Origin: a virus
Virus genome (UHGV): UHGV-0061597
DNA: 12,795 nt
Reading direction: 5' to 3' (one strand)
Below are positions 8,809 through 12,795 of this stretch, in pieces; the stretch's first letter is position 1, and every line of letters starts with the position of its first letter. The position numbers and the translations under genes are program-made. The notes beneath the pieces are model-generated. The model ran no database searches, had not been told where the DNA came from, and saw nothing but the letters and a program-made list of their open reading frames with translations.

Positions 8809-9101
8809 TTAAGAGCATTGATGTCACTCCATTTCTTCACTCGCTTTGCGCTTTTGTGGCTCAGGTACTGGTTGGTATTTTTACCGGAAACTGGGCTTAC
8901 GGTGCGATAGCCGGTTGTACGTTCTTCATTGCGCGTGAACACACCCAGGCAGAATATCGCTGGATAGAAAAGTTTGGGAAAGGGAAACGTATCAACATGC
9001 CGTGGTGGGGAGGTTTTGATCCACGCGTGTGGGATGTGGGAAGTCTGTTGGATTTTGCTGTTCCTGTTGTTTTTTGTTTTTGTGTTTATTTCTCTATTTG
9101 A
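8805..9101 (+). CDS. Small hydrophobic (membrane) protein of unknown function, coupled to the tailspike gene
   Basis: ATG overlaps the tailspike stop (ATGA at 8805-8808). 98 aa with two hydrophobic segments ([27 protein letters not shown] and [18 protein letters not shown]). No family recognised. Confidence 0.55.
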   Translation: MIKSIDVTPFLHSLCAFVAQVLVGIFTGNWAYGAIAGCTFFIAREHTQAEYRWIEKFGKGKRINMPWWGGFDPRVWDVGSLLDFAVPVVFCFCVYFSI

Positions 9102-9294
9102 CTGCTACCGCGCCATTAAATGGTGCGGTATTCAACCTGCTCTTCACTGTTTGTTTCTTCAGAGTCATGTAAAAGGTGAGCTTTATTCTCGGCATGAAAA
9201 ACAGGGAATTGACGATGTTAAAGTAACAAAAAACCATAAATGGTTTATTATGCGTAATGCTTTACTGTTCAGGAGGTTGTTATGCATATAAACG

Positions 9295-9708
9295 GTGGAA
9301 AACATGTCAGCTCAACTAACCAGTGAAACTTTAAATCAGTGGCTTAGCATGAGTTCTCTGGCGGCGGTGATAGCAGGAGTTCCTCCTGAGGTTGCTTTGG
9401 GTGCTTTGGCTGGAGCGGTAATTTTTGTTACCTCTGCAGTAGAGTACCCCATCCGTCGCCGGGTGCTCCTGTCGATGCTCAGCTTTCTTTGCGGCCTTCT
9501 CTTTTACAAACCAGCAGCATCAATTCTTATCGGCATAGCCAGCCTGATCCCTACCATCACGCAGGACTCTTTTGAAAAAGGGATTGTTTTCTCTGCAGGC
9601 GCATTCGTGTCAGCAATTGTCGCTGTGCGTATTGGTATATGGCTCTATCACCGTTCCGATAATCCACGCGAGTTAATTCCGGGGAGAAAAGACGATGGTA
9701 ACGCATGA
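9295..9708 (+). CDS. Putative holin or lysis-associated membrane protein (multi-TM)
   Basis: 137 aa with at least three hydrophobic helices. First gene of a tightly overlapping set of four ending in endolysin and Rz. The start is uncertain: GTG at 9295 or ATG at 9304. Confidence 0.55.
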   Translation: MENMSAQLTSETLNQWLSMSSLAAVIAGVPPEVALGALAGAVIFVTSAVEYPIRRRVLLSMLSFLCGLLFYKPAASILIGIASLIPTITQDSFEKGIVFSAGAFVSAIVAVRIGIWLYHRSDNPRELIPGRKDDGNA

Positions 9709-10003
9709 GTTTTTTTTGCTTATCACCAATGCAGTTATTTGCACTGGCATAGCAATTCGCGTTGTCACATTCCGGCGTAACGGCTCTCAACACCGAAGGT
9801 GGGGAGGATGGCTTGCTTATTTCCTGATTGTTGCTGCGGCCAGTATTCCTGTTCGTGTCGCCTATGCAATCTGGTTACGTACGCCAATGGCTGTGGATTT
9901 ATCTGAGGTCATTATCAACGCTGTCATGCTAGCTGCGGTTATTAAAACGCGCGGTAACGTCGTTCAAATTTTCAAAGTATCGAGGTCTAAACATGGAGAT
10001 TAA
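9695..10003 (+). CDS. Putative holin or antiholin (2-3 TM)
   Basis: 102 aa with hydrophobic segments and a charged C-terminus (KVSRSKHGD). Overlaps the upstream gene by 14 nt and the endolysin start by 11 nt. Confidence 0.6.
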   Translation: MVTHEFFLLITNAVICTGIAIRVVTFRRNGSQHRRWGGWLAYFLIVAAASIPVRVAYAIWLRTPMAVDLSEVIINAVMLAAVIKTRGNVVQIFKVSRSKHGD

Positions 10004-10622
10004 ACAATTCCAGCGAGCTGCTGGTATCAGCGAGGCACTGGCCGCACGCTGGTTCTCGCATATAACTTCTGCGATGAAAGAGTTTGGTATCAGCAAACCA
10101 GAAGATCAGGCTATGTTTATTGCTCAGGTCGGGCATGAGTCTGGAGGCTTCACCCGGTTGCAGGAGAATTTCAACTACAGCGTCAGCGGACTGGCTAACT
10201 TTGTTCGGGCTGGGCGTCTCACTCAGGGACAGGCCAACGCATTGGGGCGACGTGCAGGCGAACCACCATTGCCACTTGAGCGCCAGAGAGCGATTGCCAA
10301 TCTGGTGTACAGCAAACGCATGGGGAACAATGCCCCTGGTGATGGCTGGAACTACCGTGGGCGCGGGCTTATCCAGGTTACCGGTTTGAATAACTATCGT
10401 GACTGTGGAAACGGTCTTAAGGTTGACCTGCTGGAGAGTCCTGAACTGCTGGCGCAGGACGAATACGCGGCTCGTAGCGCGGCGTGGTTCTTTGCCAGCA
10501 AAGGATGCATGAAGTATACCGGCGATATTGCACGTGTAACTCTGATTATCAATGGTGGCCGGAACGGCATCGACGACCGGCGCGCGCGATACATCAATGC
10601 CAGTAAGGTGCTGGCGGTATGA
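9993..10622 (+). CDS. Endolysin, glycoside hydrolase family 19 (chitinase-like lysozyme) type
   Basis: 209-aa translation ([22 protein letters not shown] ... [20 protein letters not shown] ... [13 protein letters not shown]) matches GH19-type endolysins of Salmonella podophages as I recall them. GAGG lies 6 nt before the ATG. Confidence 0.9.
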   Translation: MEIKQFQRAAGISEALAARWFSHITSAMKEFGISKPEDQAMFIAQVGHESGGFTRLQENFNYSVSGLANFVRAGRLTQGQANALGRRAGEPPLPLERQRAIANLVYSKRMGNNAPGDGWNYRGRGLIQVTGLNNYRDCGNGLKVDLLESPELLAQDEYAARSAAWFFASKGCMKYTGDIARVTLIINGGRNGIDDRRARYINASKVLAV

Positions 10623-11101
10623 TCTGGGCATTCGTAAAAGCATACCGGAAACAGTTGATTATCATGGCGGTGCTTGCTGTTCTGGTCATATCAGGAGTTG
10701 TTGCCTGGAGTGTACACGGCAGTCGTCAGTACGACGCCGGGTATGCGCAGGCGAAAGAAGACCGCAAAACCGAAGATGAGAGAATTCGTCAGCACTACGA
10801 ACAGGAGAAAGCGATCAATGAACGTGAAGCGCAGCAGAGGATCGACCAGGCGCGCAATGATGCTCTTGATGCTGCCGCTCGCGCTGGCCGGTTGCAGCAA
10901 CAGCTCGTTGCCATCCGTGAGCAGCTCAGGCAGTATAACGCCATTGTCGGCGCTGGGACGTCAGCCGCAGACACCGGAGTTTTGCTTGCCGACGTGCTCA
11001 GTAAATCTCTCGAGAGAAACAGACAACTGGCAGAGTATGCTGACCGGGCAGCCGAAGCCGGAAGAGTCTGTGAAAAACAGTACGACACCCTGACCAGATA
11101 G
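10619..11101 (+). CDS. Rz-like i-spanin
   Basis: ATG overlaps the endolysin stop (ATGA). 160 aa with an N-terminal transmembrane helix ([18 protein letters not shown]) followed by a charged coiled-coil periplasmic domain. Contains an embedded +1-frame lipoprotein gene. Confidence 0.85.
   Translation: MIWAFVKAYRKQLIIMAVLAVLVISGVVAWSVHGSRQYDAGYAQAKEDRKTEDERIRQHYEQEKAINEREAQQRIDQARNDALDAAARAGRLQQQLVAIREQLRQYNAIVGAGTSAADTGVLLADVLSKSLERNRQLAEYADRAAEAGRVCEKQYDTLTR
10818..11093 (+). CDS. Rz1-like o-spanin lipoprotein, embedded in Rz in the +1 frame
   Basis: The internal ATG at 10818 is preceded by AGGAG (10803-10807). Signal peptide with lipobox ([13 protein letters not shown]) and a Pro-rich mature part. 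Lies wholly inside the Rz ORF. Alternative starts at 10857 or 10860 are possible. Confidence 0.7.
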   Translation: MNVKRSRGSTRRAMMLLMLPLALAGCSNSSLPSVSSSGSITPLSALGRQPQTPEFCLPTCSVNLSRETDNWQSMLTGQPKPEESVKNSTTP

Positions 11102-11256
11102 CATGGCATTTTTCATGGTACTGATTTCCGGTGACGGTATATAAAACGGTACGATAAAAATTGAGATTTGGAAAAATGTTATCACTCAATTGGTTATGGT
11201 TATCGTAAATAATTGAGTGGGAATGATTTTAATCCCTGCACTATGAATGAACAAAA

Positions 11257-11282
11257 CCCTCTGTTACTACAGAGGGTTTTTT
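11257..11282. terminator. Bidirectional rho-independent terminator between the lysis cassette and the convergent minus-strand operon
   Basis: CCCTCTGT-TACT-ACAGAGGG hairpin flanked by AAAA upstream and TTTTTT downstream. Sits between convergent genes. Confidence 0.75.
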
Positions 11283-11320
11283 ATCTTCAAGAATCATAGG
11301 CTTGAAGTTACTAACATCGA

Positions 11321-11860
11321 TTAATTAAACCAGCTGTCCGATTTGTTCTCTTCTGCTTTGCCCACGCTTTTCATCAGATCGCGACCGCCTTCAGTCATAT
11401 TTCTGTTGGCGTCAGCTTCAGATTGCACCACATCGGTTTGCGCAGCTTTGTGCTTCAGTTCCTGATCGATAAATTCGTTTTCTCGCTTAACGCGGGCTTC
11501 TTCTTTTGCCAGCGCCAGTTTTTGTTTCTGAATCTCTAAGCTGCGTAGCTCATCTTCATAACTTTGATCGCGTTTTTTGTCCGCAGAGGCTTCGGCGTCC
11601 AGTTTATCCTGACGAGCTTTCTTATTTGCCGCTGCCGTTGCCGCTCTTTTGTTAGCGGCGGCCTGGGCATTTGCGCGACGTTGCTTCTCTTGCTGGATTT
11701 TCCTGTTGCGCTCCGCGACCCATTCGTCATGCTGCCTTTGCTCTTCATTTTTACCTTGCTGTTCAGCTTCTGCTACAGCAGAGAGTTGATCCTGCAATGA
11801 TGAGGCGATAGCCGGATAGCTTAAGGAGGCCAAGATGGCGCAAAGAAAAACTTTCTTCAT
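11321..11860 (-). CDS. Secreted/periplasmic Lys/Ala/Glu-rich coiled-coil protein
   Basis: 179 aa with an N-terminal signal peptide (MKKVFLCAILASLSYPAIASS) and a highly charged low-complexity body. AGGAGGAG lies upstream on the minus strand, 15 bp after the lipoprotein gene stop, so the two are probably one operon. Confidence 0.7.
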   Translation of the reverse strand: MKKVFLCAILASLSYPAIASSLQDQLSAVAEAEQQGKNEEQRQHDEWVAERNRKIQQEKQRRANAQAAANKRAATAAANKKARQDKLDAEASADKKRDQSYEDELRSLEIQKQKLALAKEEARVKRENEFIDQELKHKAAQTDVVQSEADANRNMTEGGRDLMKSVGKAEENKSDSWFN

Positions 11861-11875
11861 GACTCCTCCTGATTA

Positions 11876-12394
11876 TTAGCTCTTTTCAGGACATTTAGTA
11901 TTTGGCTGAATACGCGTTTCGTTATACGTTGTGGTAATAACAACGGCTAAACCTGTCGTAAACTGGCACTCTTTACCCACCTGGGTAGAGGTATACACTT
12001 TGGTGCCTTCCTTATATGTTAAAGAAACACCTTCCACTAAGGTTTTATCATTCACCATAGAACCCACTGCCGCGCCTACAGCTCCGCCGCCAACTGCCCC
12101 TGCCGTCGTTCCGGAATTGCTGCCAGAACCGACGTTGTGGCCGATAACACCGCCAGCGACTGCGCCAATAAGCGCGCCGAAGGCTTGTGCGTTCCGTTTA
12201 TTTTGGGAGTTGTCTACGGCAACTTTTGCGGGAAGAATGGAAATAATATTAACGGTTTTAGTTTCTTGTTTGGTATTCAGTTGATCGGTTTGATAAACAT
12301 CGGCGGCATGATCGTCAGCATTTGACTGGCATCCTGCCAGAGTGAATGACGCTAACATTGCCACAGGCAGAAGACATTTTTTAAATTTCATCAC
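11876..12394 (-). CDS. Lipoprotein with glycine-zipper domain (YcfJ/SlyB-like family)
   Basis: 172 aa with signal peptide and lipobox (LAGC), and a glycine-zipper motif (FGALIGAVAGGVIGHNVG) resembling E. coli YcfJ as I recall it. AAGGAA lies upstream. Followed to the right by a roughly 200-bp extremely AT-rich region. Confidence 0.75.
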   Translation of the reverse strand: MMKFKKCLLPVAMLASFTLAGCQSNADDHAADVYQTDQLNTKQETKTVNIISILPAKVAVDNSQNKRNAQAFGALIGAVAGGVIGHNVGSGSNSGTTAGAVGGGAVGAAVGSMVNDKTLVEGVSLTYKEGTKVYTSTQVGKECQFTTGLAVVITTTYNETRIQPNTKCPEKS

Positions 12395-12795
12395 TATTCC
12401 TTGTTATACACATTACGAAAAATAAGACATTTAAGATCATCAAAAGAGGAAAGTAAATGTATTGCGTATAAAGGGATAGATTAAATTTATTAAAATTCAC
12501 GCAGGGAATAATTTATAAAAATATATCATTACAATATATATATTAATTTTATATTTATTTCGCAGCCAAACAGGATAAACATCAGTCAGGACAAAGACGT
12601 AAAATTTAAGATGAAAGAATATCTGCCGCTTTGATAATTCCAAAGAGCAAAAGCATCCGACAGCGAAGTGCCGTTAGGTTCTGTGAAAGTGGAGAAGGTA
12701 ACCGCTAACGTTGTACCGGTGATTCGACGGAGAGTGTGGATTGATCCTACCCACGTAATATGGACACAGGCCTAAGCGAGGTTCTGGTTTTCAAA

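Noticed and set aside
8974-9291. 105-aa plus-strand ORF overlapping the 3' end of the small membrane protein gene
   Set aside because: Its hydrophobic stretch comes from translating a T-rich tract in another frame. No convincing start context.
10674-10817. Long N-terminal extension of Rz1 (ORF track start at 10674)
   Set aside because: The extension is highly basic, non-signal-like sequence. The internal ATG at 10818 with AGGAG yields a proper lipoprotein signal peptide.
10084-10900. Alternative-frame ORFs inside the endolysin and Rz genes (10084..10389, 10394..10597, 10552..10779, 10691..10900)
   Set aside because: Nested in well-supported genes. Only the Rz1 frame from 10818 has a lipobox and a ribosome-binding site.
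11536-12325. Antisense ORFs within the two minus-strand secreted-protein genes (11536..11748, 11564..11800, 11931..12284, 12137..12325)
   Set aside because: They overlap genes that have clear signal peptides and ribosome-binding sites. Low-complexity translations typical of antisense frames.
12700-12795. Possible tRNA or attachment site at the right end
   Set aside because: No T-arm consensus (GGTTCGAATCC-like) or cloverleaf-compatible segment seen by eye. No direct repeat with another part of the window identified.
1-12795. CRISPR array or insertion sequence
   Set aside because: No regularly spaced direct repeats and no transposase-like ORF found anywhere in the window.

Overview
This window reads as the late/immunity end of a P22-like (Lederbergvirus-type) prophage from an enterobacterium, with a mosaic gene order. 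From left to right: two virion ejection-protein-like genes (9..2977, +); an AT-rich, opposite-strand cargo cassette of three genes in the sieA-equivalent position (3002..4810, -), containing a PIN-domain nuclease translationally coupled to an unrecognised 239-aa partner; an immI-type immunity module (mnt, Oarc/Omnt operators, arc, an extra small ORF, KilA-N-type antirepressor; 4860..6614); a chimeric tailspike whose N-terminal head-binding domain is P22-like but whose receptor-binding domain is divergent (6751..8808); a small membrane protein; a lysis cassette (two holin-like genes, GH19-type endolysin, Rz with embedded Rz1; 9295..11101); and two opposite-strand secreted-protein genes (11321..12394) with an AT-rich upstream region. 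No rRNA, tRNA or CRISPR array was seen. The most likely candidate for an undescribed system is the PIN-nuclease cassette at 3002..4810. All homology statements come from reading the translations and from memory of P22 and related phage proteins; no database search was run.
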